Shown here piece after piece: positions 12,401 through 25,658 of a DNA stretch of 64,000 nucleotides. The translations under genes were made by a program, and so were the position numbers. The notes below the pieces were generated by a model, which did not search any database, was not told the origin of the DNA, and saw only the letters and a program-made list of their open reading frames with translations. The stretch lies in assembly GCF_009914755.1 (NCBI RefSeq), contig NC_060937.1; one strand, given 5' to 3'. This stretch comes from the human T2T-CHM13v2.0 reference genome, Homo sapiens. How positions within the stretch are numbered: the stretch's first letter is position 1; each line of letters opens with the position of its first letter.

Positions 12401-12930
12401 AATGTCAAGTTCCCACCAACAGATGATCTCAAACGAAGAGGATTTTAATAATTAAGTGATAATTAAGGATGAGCCATTTTGTGGGCACCAGTCAGCCCTT
12501 TTCCCTAGCAACCCTTGTCATTACCCAATGAGCTCATGAACAAATCAGCCATGGTGCCAGTGATGAAAGTTATAAGTGGGCTTAGCAACATGGACTTCCA
12601 CTCACTAAGGCTGACCTGGTTACAGCCACACCAAGTGCCTAATCTGCCAGCAGCAGAGACCAACTCTGAGTCTCTTGTGTGGAACTGTTCACTTGATAGA
12701 TCAACCAGCTACCTGGTGGCACGTTGGTTACACTAAACCACTTCCATCATGGACGGGGCAGTATTTTGTTCTTACTGGAATCGACACTTTGAATATGGAT
12801 TTGCCTTTCCTGCACACAATGCTTCTGCCAAAACCACCATCCGTGGGTTTAAAGAATATGTTTTTTTGTGTCATTGCGTTCCACACAATATTGTCATAAA
12901 GGAACTCATTTCACAGCAAAAAAAAAGGAA
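9406..12930 (+). mobile_element. ERV-L (HERV-L/ERVL-B4-like) internal region, decayed and 3' truncated
   Basis: gag-like nucleotide phrases at 9.5-10.3 kb, then pro/pol peptides in the ORF track. Ends within integrase; no 3' LTR seen. Confidence 0.92.
10560..12930 (+). pseudogene. ERV-L pro-pol remnants (protease, reverse transcriptase, RNase H, integrase) with many stops and frameshifts
   Basis: ORF 10596-10970 (CIIGIDIFSSW..AIMVEKAKWKPLELP). ORF 11052-11288 ([37 protein letters not shown]). ORF 12675-12899 (WWHVGYTKPLPSWTGQYFVLTGIDT, integrase). The RT YIDD position reads VHSINNTML at ~11355. Confidence 0.9.
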
Positions 12931-13019
12931 GAGTGACAGTGGGTAGAATGTTCAGTTAATAATTCTTTTTACTTCACAAAAATATATCATTATTATCCTG
13001 TCCAAGGCCTCTCTTTTAA

Positions 13020-13050
13020 TTCATTCATTCATTCATTCGTTCATTCATTC
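13020..13050 (+). repeat. (TTCA)n simple repeat
   Basis: TTCATTCATTCATTCATTCGTTCATTCATTC. Confidence 0.9.
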
Positions 13051-13149
13051 CATGCTGTCTTCATTTCACTTTCCCATTCTCCTTGTCACATCATTGGCTG
13101 TCATTCCAATGTGTCTGATATTTATCTTTTATTTGTATGTATTCTAGTA

Positions 13150-15560
13150 AAATACACTTTGAGTAAATGTTTTTTTAAAAGTTTATTCAATGACAAAAGT
13201 GTTTTTTTAAAACTTAACATTATATTTTATAGAATTTGTTAATATTTTATCTTTACATATAGTGAGATGTTTCTGTTGTTTTTTTATTTTTTATTTTTTG
13301 CTCAATAACAGTATAATGCATCCAGCACATTTTGATTATTCTTTCCTACAGTGACATGTAGATAGCCTCCAACTCACTTCTATATTAAACTATACTGCAA
13401 TGAACATATTTTAAAATGTCCTTATGGATCTGTCTAAAAATTTCTCTAGATTATTTATAACCAGAAGCAGAAATCTATGACTGTTAGGTAATGGGGTATT
13501 TCAGTTATCAGACAGTTTGGTTTAGATGTATTATTAGAAATGTACCTTAATTTCTGTTAAAATCTTGCCCAAAACTTGGCAATCTGGTGGATATAAAGAA
13601 ATTTATTATTGTATTTTAATTTTCATTTTCTAGTTAATAATGATTTTGAGCATATTCTCAACAATATTTTTCTTAGTCTTTTGTGTTTCCCCTTCTGTGA
13701 TGACTTTTGCCCATTTTCTTAATATTTCTGTCTCTTTTGCTATCACAATTGTAGCAGGATTTTTGAGTACATTCTAGATATTGCTATGTTGTCAGTTTTC
13801 GAAATTACAAGTATCTTTATCATCTCTCTCTTATCTTTATTCATGGTGTTGTTTCTAGATATCAACTTTATTGAAATATAAATTGGATACAATACACCCA
13901 TTTTAAGTATAGAGTTTGATAAGTTTTGAAAATGTACTCACCTTTTATAAATGTGCTCGAATTATAACAAGAATCAAGACTCCATTAAATATTTTTTAAC
14001 AAATTCTTAATTTTAATGTAATACAGTCTAATACTTTGCCCCACTTTTGTGTTTGGAAATATTAAAAAATTCTTCCATTTTGGTCAACCATAAATATCTT
14101 CTTAAATTAACTTCTGTTAATAATTTCATCTCTCACCTTTCAGGTTATTTTTATAAGCAGATTAAAAGTTTTTTTTTATTTTGTGGCTCACAATAAAAAT
14201 AAAATTTTTGATGTGATTCTATTTTTGCAAAAGCATAATAATTACTGAAAATGTGGTCCCAAAATAAGAAAAAAACAAACAAATGAAAATAAAACTCTTC
14301 CCTAAACCCTAGCTCCAACATTGTTTTTTAAAAATCTTCTTTTGTTTTAATGAATACTTAGTAATTGTTCATATTTGTGGGATACAGTATGATGTTTCTA
14401 TATATATATACATTCTATATTAACCAAATCAAGTTTTAATCAACCTTAAGCTTACCTTTTATATGGTGTTAGGTTGTAGTCCATTTTTCATTTTTTGTGC
14501 ATACACAAGCCAGGTTTTCTCATCATCAACAAAAGTCTATTTTTGATTTGATTGTGTTTCTTCCTATATATGTAGATTTCTGCATATATGTGGTTCAGAT
14601 TTTAAGCTCTTCAGATTCTGTTCAATTCGTCTGTATGCCAATACTTGCACAACTTGTAATTATATTTTTATTTACCTGGCTTTGTAATATGTCTTAATAT
14701 TTGGTAAATAAAATTATTTTTCAAAATATATTTAGCTGTTAATTATAGAATGAGTTATTGACTTCCTAAAAAATCTATGGACAATTTTGATTGGAATTGA
14801 ATAAATTTTATGTATTATATTAGAAAGAATTGTCAGCTTTATATTATAAGTCAGACTATTTGAGAGCTAGGGATATCTACTTATTCAAAACTTCTGTTAT
14901 GCTTAAATTTTAAAATTATTTTTCTCTTTGTTCTAGTATATACTTTAATTCCTAGAAATATCGGTGGCTGTTGTTTGTTTTATTTTAATTTACTTTATTT
15001 CTGTTTTTGCGATTGCACATTATATCATTTAAAAATTATATTTTCTATTTAGTTATTGATTGTGTAGAAGCATTTTATTGATTTTTAAAGTTGATTTTGG
15101 ATTCAAAAACTTCACTCAGTCTTTTTATATGGTTTGATACTTTTTCTGTCGGCTGAGTTGATTTTTTCATGTAGGTGAACCTGACGTTTGCAAATAATAA
15201 CAATTTTATCTTTTTTTAAGTTATCCTTGTTTCCTTTATTTTATAAGACTAGTCACACTTTCAGCGATGTGAGTTAAAATCAATCACTACAGTGTTTGAT
15301 TACTCTATTTTTCCCTGCCATTTCATAAGTTGTTGTTTTATTTGTTGTGAGACTATTTCGTACCTATATGTGCATGGTGGCCCCTCCTTGTTTTATATGA
15401 CATTCTTTCTTCTGGTCCATTCTTCTGAATACTATTTTATCATTTTTTCATCTCAACTTTTACTTTGTTAGTTTCTGACTAAGATAGTTTTCTATTCAGC
15501 CTTTTCATCCCTTTTTTAACAACTTTTCTTTATATTTTATTTCTTTTTGACTGGATTTCA
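13150..15560 (-). mobile_element. Mosaic of old antisense L1 fragments (L1M-type), with nested L1 3' ends near 13860-13980 and 14335-14450
   Basis: T-rich L1 phrases: CAACTTTATTGAAATATAA..ACCCATTTTAAGT; TAATTGTTCATATTTGTGGGATACAGTATGATGTTT; TTTTGATTGGAATTGAATAAATTT. Boundaries approximate. Confidence 0.7.
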
Positions 15561-18500
15561 TTTTATAGTTTATTTTCTCTCATCATAAAAATGCTCTAGT
15601 ACCATTCTTTTTCAAGTTTTGTTAACCATTTTATGACCTGTATCTCAGACAGTGCTTACATAACACATGTTGATAATAAATGTTTTTAATGCCTAATGGA
15701 CTAAATAAATGCTGAAATAAAATATTTTATTTAACATTTATGTGCATTCAAAAATAATAATTATACCCTACCAGGCCTAGGTACTGCATAATCCCTTTTC
15801 TGCTCACCACAAATAACCATATACTCACATATCAATGACCAGAACCATTTACAGAAACATCACATGGTCTGTTTTAAGGTAAGCTGTAGGTAGGAAGAAG
15901 ATGAAATCAGGGTCACGCCTTTGGGGGTATACTATTAAATAGGGACAACTATTTATTTCAGAATTATGGAATGGTGTGGTAAAATAAGGGTAAATTAAAA
16001 TTAAATTTTATAGTTAAATCACAGGGTACCCATGGATATATTTCAAAATGCTGTTTCCTGAGTCTCTTATTAATTAACTTTGTTCAGTTGTCCTCTCTCT
16101 GAGTGTGTGTCTCTCTCTCTCCCAGAATTATTTTATGCTTTTCTGAAATCCTATGTTTCTACAAGCCAAAACCAATCTAATAATTATTTTTCAGATATCA
16201 AGAAGTAAGGAACTGCTTAGTTGGACTATCCACAGACATAAAATTAGAGTGTTTTTCATGTTTCTGTTGAAATATTAATTTTAGAAGATATATGAGTGCA
16301 AATAAATGTTTACTTTTTCAATTCTTTCCTTCTGAGACATCTGATTCTCCATAGGAAACTTTCCTTTGCCTTTTAAAATGCCTAATATTCTCTAATATTA
16401 CGCAAAAAAGTTTAATCTCTTACAACCACTAATTCCTTGCCATAATTCGTGTTTATTTCCCATTTCCCAATAATCCCTTTCTTTATTAGTATTTCTGCCA
16501 CTAGCTATTCCTACTGCCTCCCACAAAGCATCCAACTCTCTACCTTGCAGTTCTTGTCATTACTACCTGTGATTTCTACCAGATCTGAGGCCTCAGTTAT
16601 TTTTTTATTCAATAAGTTTGTTCACTCCTTCATCCAACATTTACTACACACTGACCATGTTTGAATTTCTGAGGATGTGATATGTAATGCATTTTTCTTA
16701 CTAAATGCTATACCTTTTAAATATATGAACTTCCCAGTTTACCCTTTTTTAGTGTTTGTACTCTTGTAATATAATTATCTAATGCTATACTTGCTTTTAC
16801 TGGAGACCTTATCTATTTTTAATTTTGATTTACCTAAAAGGAAGAAACCCTTAATTGATCTATGAATTTTAATTCCCTTTATGGCATTTTTAAAATATCA
16901 GCAAAATATGCACAGCTTGCTTTGTCCTCAGCAATACATACATATGCCATTATTATTTAAGTTTATTTTATTTTCCACTTAACATGTGAAAAATAATTTT
17001 TATAACACTTTGTCAAGTGTGAGAATTAGCTTCTGATAACAAAGTGAGTTTAGGTCAAAGCTGGATAATGCTTTCATTCTTAAAGAATAAAATTTGATCC
17101 ATGAAAAACTGTTTACTTTTAATTGGAATATTTCCAAGATAGAATATTTTACATGATAGCATTAAACATACATTGCCATTTTACACACTGTTACAAGTGA
17201 TTACATAAAATATGTAAGATACACAAGATTTGTTTGAGTTTAAAGCTTAACAGGATTAAACCAATAGCTCGTACACTTTGCAACTGTTCAACATCAGCCA
17301 ATAAGGTTCATAAATATAATACATACAAACAGATGCATACACACATACCTTTATGGGTTTCAAATAGCATTTTTAAACACATTCAGTGCTTTGCTGTCTG
17401 TTAGGCTTACATTTAAATCTAATGGTATCATAAAATAAATAATTTGGTCTTTTACATGAATAACACACTCTACTAGTCAGAACTTCAAATTCAAAAAGAG
17501 TACTGCACATGATACAGGATTTCACTTTAAATTACTTTGTAATGAAACTTTTTGGGAAAATATTTCCAACAATTAAAATTCAATAAATCTTTCATTTATT
17601 GATTTATTTTGTTGTGGGATAGAGACATGCGATGGAGAGGGAAGGGATAGCAGTGAACAAGATAATAATGAGTCAATCGACACAACTCTCTGTATCGCAG
17701 TAGAATCTTATTATAATGCCCTTTTCAGAGGTAGAAATATCATCTTTACAATTTTTTTGTATTTTATAATTACACAGTGAACCTTAGTAGTATAAGACAT
17801 AATTCTTCGTAATTTTACAGAATTGCAAGATAAAGAGTACAGCAATTTATACAGATAAAATGATAAATGACTCGTGATATTAATCTGAAGTAAATATATT
17901 CATATTTCTTTTCTTCCCTGAATAATCACGCTTGCCATTACTTGTCTTATTAGTAGGAAGTATGGTATTTTCCTCTTCATGGTTGTCCCTACCCTATTGT
18001 TAAAACAAACAAACAAGAAAACTTGATTGGGTTATTAAATCTAAAAAGCCCATTCTGCTTTCACACACCAAAAAGAGGGACATTTGTTGTATGACAAATC
18101 CATTTTCACTGTTTTATTTTCCTGTTGCATAGGATTGCTGATAAAGCAGCATATCCTTATGAATCCTTTGTGTACTATGGGTATGGCACAGACAGCCCAT
18201 TCTCCAGAGCAGAACTATTGGAAAACTTTCTTAGTCTAAAAAATCGACTTCTCTGTTTCTTACTTACATGCTCAATCACTTTTCCCTAAAGCTCAAATAC
18301 CATCCAGATGGCAGTGGCTAGGATACTTTCACTCAAGTTGCAGGATTAAACATTTTGCTGTAAATAGTTCTTTGCAAAAATTACTTTAAGTATTTTTAAA
18401 ACTAAGTCACCAACCGAGACTTGTTCTCTCTTCAATAAAATTTTATTTCACTGGACTTCTATGTTTTGCTGTCACTAAATCTTCTGTAGGGTCACTATAG

Positions 18501-18736
18501 ACCCAAATATTTCTCTAACTTTGAATCTGAAGAAGTTTGGTGATTCTATCCTGTGTTTGCCATAAGATCCTGAGCTCTATATGGAAAAAAAAAATCACCA
18601 TTTTGCAAAATTTTTCATTCTGAAGGGACAGCAGCATATGTGAGTATATTAAATGCCTCAAAAACTTGCCAGGATTTTACTTGCATATATAAAAGAATCA
18701 TTTTATTACTATTACATAGTCTTAAGAAAAGTTATA

Positions 18737-19094
<358 letters not shown>

Positions 19095-20754
19095 TCACCA
19101 GCTACTATATTTTAATAACTTAGGTAAAATACAATACAGGTAGAATATATGCAAGATTTTCATAAACACAGATGAAATTAGACTGCAATGGTTTCCATAA
19201 TACAACTTGATCTATTAGCTAACAAAAACTCTTATCTGAAACATCTGAGAAGGTCGGGGAGCCAGAAGGAAAATGCACAGTGGACACATCATGACAATTG
19301 CCATAGCATTCTTGAACCTTCTCTAGTTGGTCTTCAAGTCAACAGTTTTGCCATTCATAGATCCTTTAAACCTATTTTACGGATCTTGAAGCACACAGAA
19401 CATGGCATGTGAAATCTGTATGAGAAAATTAAATAAGAAAAATTTTGAAAATCTCTGGGTAGATGCTTTATTCTATTTGCAGGGCTATAAAATTCAGTTG
19501 TGCAGTTTGTGTCCTGCCCAAATATGCTAGGTAGAACCCATGTAGGGGCTTCAAGCCAGCCCATGCTCCGTCTTTCAAGGCTCTGCATAAGTTTGCATTT
19601 AGCCTGGAAGTACAAATGTCCTTGACTAATTTGTCTTCCCATAGAGGGAACCATTTCTTCCAAGTAGTATATCTGGGGAAAAGAGTTTTTTGTTTGTTTG
19701 TTTTGTTTTTTAATAATTTGTGCAAGAGCACTTATGCTAATACATATCTGCTGGATGTCTTTTGTGGTGATAATAATAATCTCATAAATTTTTGCTAATT
19801 ATTTACTTATGACTTTAAAAATGTACCCTTCTTTCAAATAATCTAAGCAATAATGTTTGAAGTTTGAAATATTTTCCATATGTCACTTAGTAAATGAGAA
19901 TGAAAACAATGCAAATACATCAAATAAAGTGCTATTTAGAATCTTAGCCATATCAATGCAAGGTCAAATTGAAATGGATAACTCAGCTACCCGTCCAGTT
20001 AACTTAGAGACTTCTTGTATTAAATTACTCATTGACAGAGAAAAAAGTAAACCATTACTGAGAGTTTATTCATTCCTCCATCCTCCGGCTTCTACTTGCC
20101 TGTGTGGACAATACTTACACTTCTTCCATTTGGGCAACACATTCACTCTTGCTGCCAAAAAGACAGAATATCTGAAATCTGTTTTTAAGCAGTGTCAGTT
20201 TTTCAAAGTAATAGGCTCAACAAGAAGAAAAGAAACATCTGCTATCTGCAGGGTTTTTTTTTTTTTTCTTTCCTCCCAACATCAATCTAGCAAGTCTTTG
20301 GCAAGCAGCTTCTTGCACTCTAAGTCACAGAAATGTCAAAGGAGAGTGGAAATGAGAGTGGATACCTCTGTTGAAATGTCACTTTGAAAGTAAATAAAAT
20401 CAGTTGAAAAAAGGCCATCTGAAAACAAGGAAACTTAGCGGTCAGGAGATGAATTTCATTGTACTCACACAGTTGAAGTAGCCACATACAGGAAATACAC
20501 TTTTTTTCCTAAATTATGCTTTCTAGTTTTTGATTGTTTGAAATAATAAAGGATAATAGAAATAAATATAATTTTAAAATTAAAATTTCTTGAAAGTAAT
20601 TAAGATTACTTTCTACTGAGTATAAATCAGCATTTTAAGTGAAAATATTTATTATATGGAAAAACCATCAAGTACGTCTATTTGTAAAATTACCTTCATA
20701 AATAAAATTATAGATATCAGAGGATTTCACCTTGCAATAAGGTGTGAAATCTCT

Positions 20755-20965
20755 AAATGCAGAATATCTGGGTTTAATTTTTAGCTCCTGCACTTAGTTG
20801 TGTGACAGTGGACAAGTTACTTATCAATCCAGTGGCCAACTGGCTGATCTGTAAATATTGATAACAATAGCACTTAACTACATTTTTGTTAGTATTAAAA
20901 ACATGCAATGCACTTAGAATTGTGTGTAGCATACCATAAATATTCAGTATGCTTGCTTATTATCA
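20755..20965 (+). mobile_element. MIR SINE
   Basis: CTGGGTTTAAT..AGCTC..CACTTAGTTGTGTGAC..GGACAAGTTACTTA..ATCTGTAAA..GCACTTAGAA pattern. Confidence 0.7.
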
Positions 20966-23900
20966 TTATTAATCAAAATATTCCTAATGATTTAACACTA
21001 TCCCTTCTGTCATAAACCTACACATAAAGAAATAATTTTTTCTTTCAATTTTCAGTTACTACGTTGACCAAAAATGTTGACTCCTAAGCAAACAATGGTA
21101 TTGAATTCATGCGTTCCTTAGAGAGTTATCAGTAAGCCAGCTGAAAATAGAGAAGACCCAGAAGAATCTTCTAATAGAGAAAATTGGTGGTTAAGACTAT
21201 TCTTCAATTGTCCCAAAATTAATAGCAAAATTACTATCATTACAATTGAAAAATAAATAATCAGACAATTATCAGATATGGTTGCTTTGTTGAACTAATG
21301 CTATTTATCTAGCATATCTAGATATAGCTTTATCTAGATAAAGCTCTTCCACATCTCCAAAAGGAACCCATGTTTACTTAGTTCTTTTTCAGACTTGTCT
21401 ACAGTTATTGTCCCTGTCTAACTCCTTTAATTTCCCACACATAATAATGCAAATTTTTGCATATCTAGGTGAAAGTCAAGAAATAGAATCACCTCAGATG
21501 ATTTTGTTTGGAAGATTAGAGGCTAATTTACATGGTATTTTTATTAAAAAGTGCACTCTGTTTTTGTTTTTTATTTACTTATCAACATGTTGTATTTTAC
21601 ATCTTCTGTGTCCCTGGTTCTTTTGTCATAATTGTGAAAGATGGTGTTGGTATAGGTTATATAAAGATGGGGATGTGAAGTTTTTCCCTTCCTTAGTTAT
21701 GACTCTGGTCTCCTCCATCTTCAATATTCACGTGGATGCAAATGGATCCAATACTTGGTTAGCCAATACTCATTTTTCAGTAAAATGATCTTTTTCCCCT
21801 AATACTTAAGTAAGTTTTTCCTTATACCTAATTTCCTTGAAGTAAGTTTTTTGTATTTTGTTCAAATAAAATTTCTAGGGAAGTTGATTAGTGTGGCATT
21901 CCTGAACATGCTGGATGTCAGCCTAGAGACAATGCTATATTCAGATTTTCAGATCTAATAATCCATGTTTTTTATGGATAAAAATGTCTTCCAGAATTAA
22001 TTTCCTGCCAGATAAATTTTGTTGAAATATCTTAAAGTGCATTATAGTTAGCCAGATAAGTCAAAATAGAGGTATCCATATACTTTACTTACTGGGGTAT
22101 TTACCCCAATATCTGTCTGGCACTTGGTAGAAGGTAACATGGTAACTAGCTTCTGCCAGTTTCTGTTGAGCTTTGGAACCAGAAAATTTCAGCTAGGCAT
22201 CATGTGTACTTACAACCATTCTCCATGCAGCATGGCAAGAGAGAACTATCACAGGGATATTTCTTAAATGGTAAAACAATTTTGAGACTATCCAATATCA
22301 ACATTTTAAAATATATCCTCAGGTTATATTTCTGAGCCACCATGTTTGGTAATTTATCTTAAATAACGACTGGCATTTTCCAAATAGCATTAGAACAACA
22401 AACATTAAGACAAATTGCCATTAGTCACATTATAATTTTCAATTCTGAAAGGTTTTTTAATCAAAATGTTTTAGTCTATTTCTCTTTGTCTCTTGCTCTT
22501 ATCTATGTACACAGTTTATTTCCTTTGCATAAAGGACTGGCCAGTAATAAAAGAATGCCCCAACAAGGCAACTTCTGTTATTGCTTTGATTGAGTGCTCC
22601 AGAGAACTTCCATTTGCTGAGTATGTAATATCAGATTTGGGAAGTCATTTGCCATAAGAGCACTTTCTTTATTGTGTGAGAATTTTGTTTTTATACTTTC
22701 ATAAGTCTTTAAACATTTAGTTAATGTATATAGATGTTTATAAATTAAATTTTAGTAGTTCATATAATATCCATAATAAGAGGACTTTGGGAGACTTAAA
22801 GTCTGATTTTCAGTGTGATTATTTTTACCTCCAATATACTTTATACAGAATGAAATACTGTTACAAATGATGGATCCAGAAAATCTTATCTGGCAACTTG
22901 CTGTTATTTTCAGTAAGCCTGATGATGAAGAAGAAAGGAAAGAAGAAAAGGTAAAACTCAAGATGTGCTATAGAGAAATGTCTTTAGATAAGCAACTCTG
23001 GCTAGATTACTTTTTATTAATATTCTGCTTTTTCTATTTGACATTGAGACCATTTAACTCATTCATTCTATGTTATTCCTCTTTGATCTATTAATACAAA
23101 TTCATGTCCTGAAGCATAATTAAAATTAAAATAGTAATTGAAATTAGTTTTTACCATGGTATCTGACATACAGTCATAATGTTCTTCTAATAACATTTCA
23201 TATGAAAACACTGTTATACTCTAGACATACACAAAAACCAAAACTTAAGCAGCTTTAAAAACTGCTTATGATAAAATATTTAAATACACAAATATATAAT
23301 CTAATAAATAATGATTTATCTATTTCCAGTTTGAACAATAAACTCATATTCAATTTTGTTGTATTTATCCTTTACCCATTATACTCCAAGAGGTTATCTT
23401 CGAAGAGATAATGACTGAAAAATTTCAAGAACTGATAAAAGACACCAACCTACATATTCAAGAAGGATAAGTATCCAAAGAATGGTAAATCAAAATAAAT
23501 CTCCATCCAGAAACAACTTAAAAAAAACACACACACAATAAATGAAAACTTCAAGATGAGATGCTACAAATACATATTTATCAGTACTTTAAAAAATTAC
23601 ATTCAAATGCTGCATAGCTGCAAAATTTATAGAAATTACATAGTTACATTGATTATCATCTACGAATTTAACAATACCTACAAAAATGGTAGAATAGAGA
23701 TTTAGATGAATGCATAGAGAATCTGTCTAAGAAAATTAACAAGGTATATAGGTCCTATAGAACACTGAATCTAATACAAAATACATACTGTTTTCAAATA
23801 TATATAGAATATTCACTTACTGTAAAATATACCTCAACAAATTTCAAGGGCTCGGAAGGACATTACAATCTGTATTACAGAGAGTATAAATAGATTACTA

Positions 23901-24077
23901 AAAATAAAATGGTGACCAGGAAAGTATAAGCTACAAAATTAAGAAAAAAGATTCCAAATATTTTTGAGTCAAAGTCACAGTGCTACTAGAAATTGGAAAA
24001 TATTTATAAACTTAATTAAAAATATTTCAGAACTTATCAGTTAAGGTTATATTACTTAAAGAGAAATAGGCCAAATC

Positions 24078-24285
24078 AAGGGTCAGTAAACTGGCTTGTT
24101 GCTCAAAGCCAGCCTATTGATGTTTTTGCACAGCTATTGGGATAAGAATTTTTGAACACTTGTTAAGGGTTTAAAAGTAGGGTTTAAAAAATGTAAAGAT
24201 ATTTGACAGAGTCCATATATGTCCTGCATAAGTTAAGATATTCACTATCAGCCAATTTACAAAAAAAAAAGTTTACTTATTTCTA
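24078..24285 (+). mobile_element. MER58-like hAT-Charlie DNA transposon
   Basis: GGGTCAGTAAACT start and CAGAGTCCATATATGTCCTGCATAAG..TATTCACTATC..TTTACAAAAAAAAAAGTTT end. Confidence 0.6.
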
Positions 24286-24820
24286 TATACATGCTTATAT
24301 TAGAAAAGAAAAATAATGAACTGAAAAGAGCATATTTCCTAGGAAATTAATAAAGGACCAGTAAAACAAACCTTAAAGAAATTAGAGGAAAACAGTCAAG
24401 ATAAGAATAGAGAGTAATAAAATAGAAATCAAACATATGTTTGCTATCAACAAAGCCAAAGCTGTTTCTTTGAAAGTCTAATAAAAGTGACAAGCTTCTG
24501 GTGAGACTGATCAAGAAAAAAGGAGAGTAGGCACACATAAACAATGTTAGGAATGAAATAGGAGATATAACTACAGATTCTCCAGACCTCGAAATGTTAT
24601 TAAGAAGCTACAATGAGCAAAAGGGATATGAACAGATGCCTCAGAATGTTAAAAGTTAATAATATGAAAAAATTATGCCAGCATCTAAAAACACACATGA
24701 TGCTGAATGCAAAAATTCTAAATAAAATACAAGCAAATAAAACTGAGCAATGTATTTGAAAAATAATACATCATAACCTAGTTGACTTTATTCCAAAAAG
24801 CAGATTGCTTGTGATGTTTG

Positions 24821-25658
24821 TGATAGTGACAGGAGGCTCAGAAATTCTAGGCAGACAGGGGTGGGTCCCTGACAAAATCCCACCTTCAAGCCATAAAGCC
24901 TGAAACCCGTGGCCCAAAGTGAGAACCTCTATCCCTGTTTTCCTGCTCCAATGTTGCCTTTTCCTAAACTAACAATGGCCTGCTCTGCCCCACATCCTAT
25001 GCCTATAAAAACCCCAGACTCAGCTGGTAGACATGACTATGGCTGGACGTTGGCAAGAAGTGGCTTGACTTTAGAGAGCTTAACAGTGTAACTTTGTAGA
25101 AAAATCCGGATGGAGATGACTGGACTTCAGGGGAAGGTTACCTACCTTTCTCATCTGCTTTTCAGCTCCCTTTCCCACTGAAAGCCACTTTTATCAGCAA
25201 TAAAATCCCACTCATTTACCATCCTTCAATTTGTTTGTGCAATCTCATTTTTCCTAGATGTCAGACAAGAGCTCGGGAGCCACAGTGGGGAAACAAAAGG
25301 CTGTCGCACTGGCCCTTTGCCCTCGCTAGTGGAGGGCAGCCACCTTACACTAAAAGGCAAAGGGCCCACTGAGCTATTCACACTTAAGCCATTTGCAGAT
25401 GGCAGAGCTAAAAGAGTCCTGTAACAGGCCCTCTTGGGCTTCAGGAATGAGAGGCACCCCCTCCGGATGCTGCCAGTGGGCCTGCGTGGAGCTTGTTCCT
25501 GCCAGTGCCGACGCAGCAGGCCTGTTCCAGCCTTGTGTACTCCACTTTCCACCTCATTTGTGCTCTCCCTCCCGCAAGGAGTTGAGAGCAGTGGGCTGAG
25601 TAAACGAGGTACCACTGTTGCGAGTCCCGTGAAGGGGTCAGGGAAATACCCTGCTTCA
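24821..25658 (+). mobile_element. ERV1 solo LTR of the LTR1/LTR27/LTR28 group
   Basis: Termini TGATAGTGACAGGAGG...CCCTGCTTCA, 838 bp, GC-rich against the AT background. CCTATAAAA TATA box at ~25002-25010, AATAAA at ~25199-25204. TSD TTTG/GTTG. Confidence 0.85.

Noticed and set aside
20719-20754. Short hairpins (also 22094-22109, 51363-51379, 62532-62554)
   Set aside because: Stems of 7-11 bp, mostly imperfect; too short for pre-miRNA and plausible by chance.
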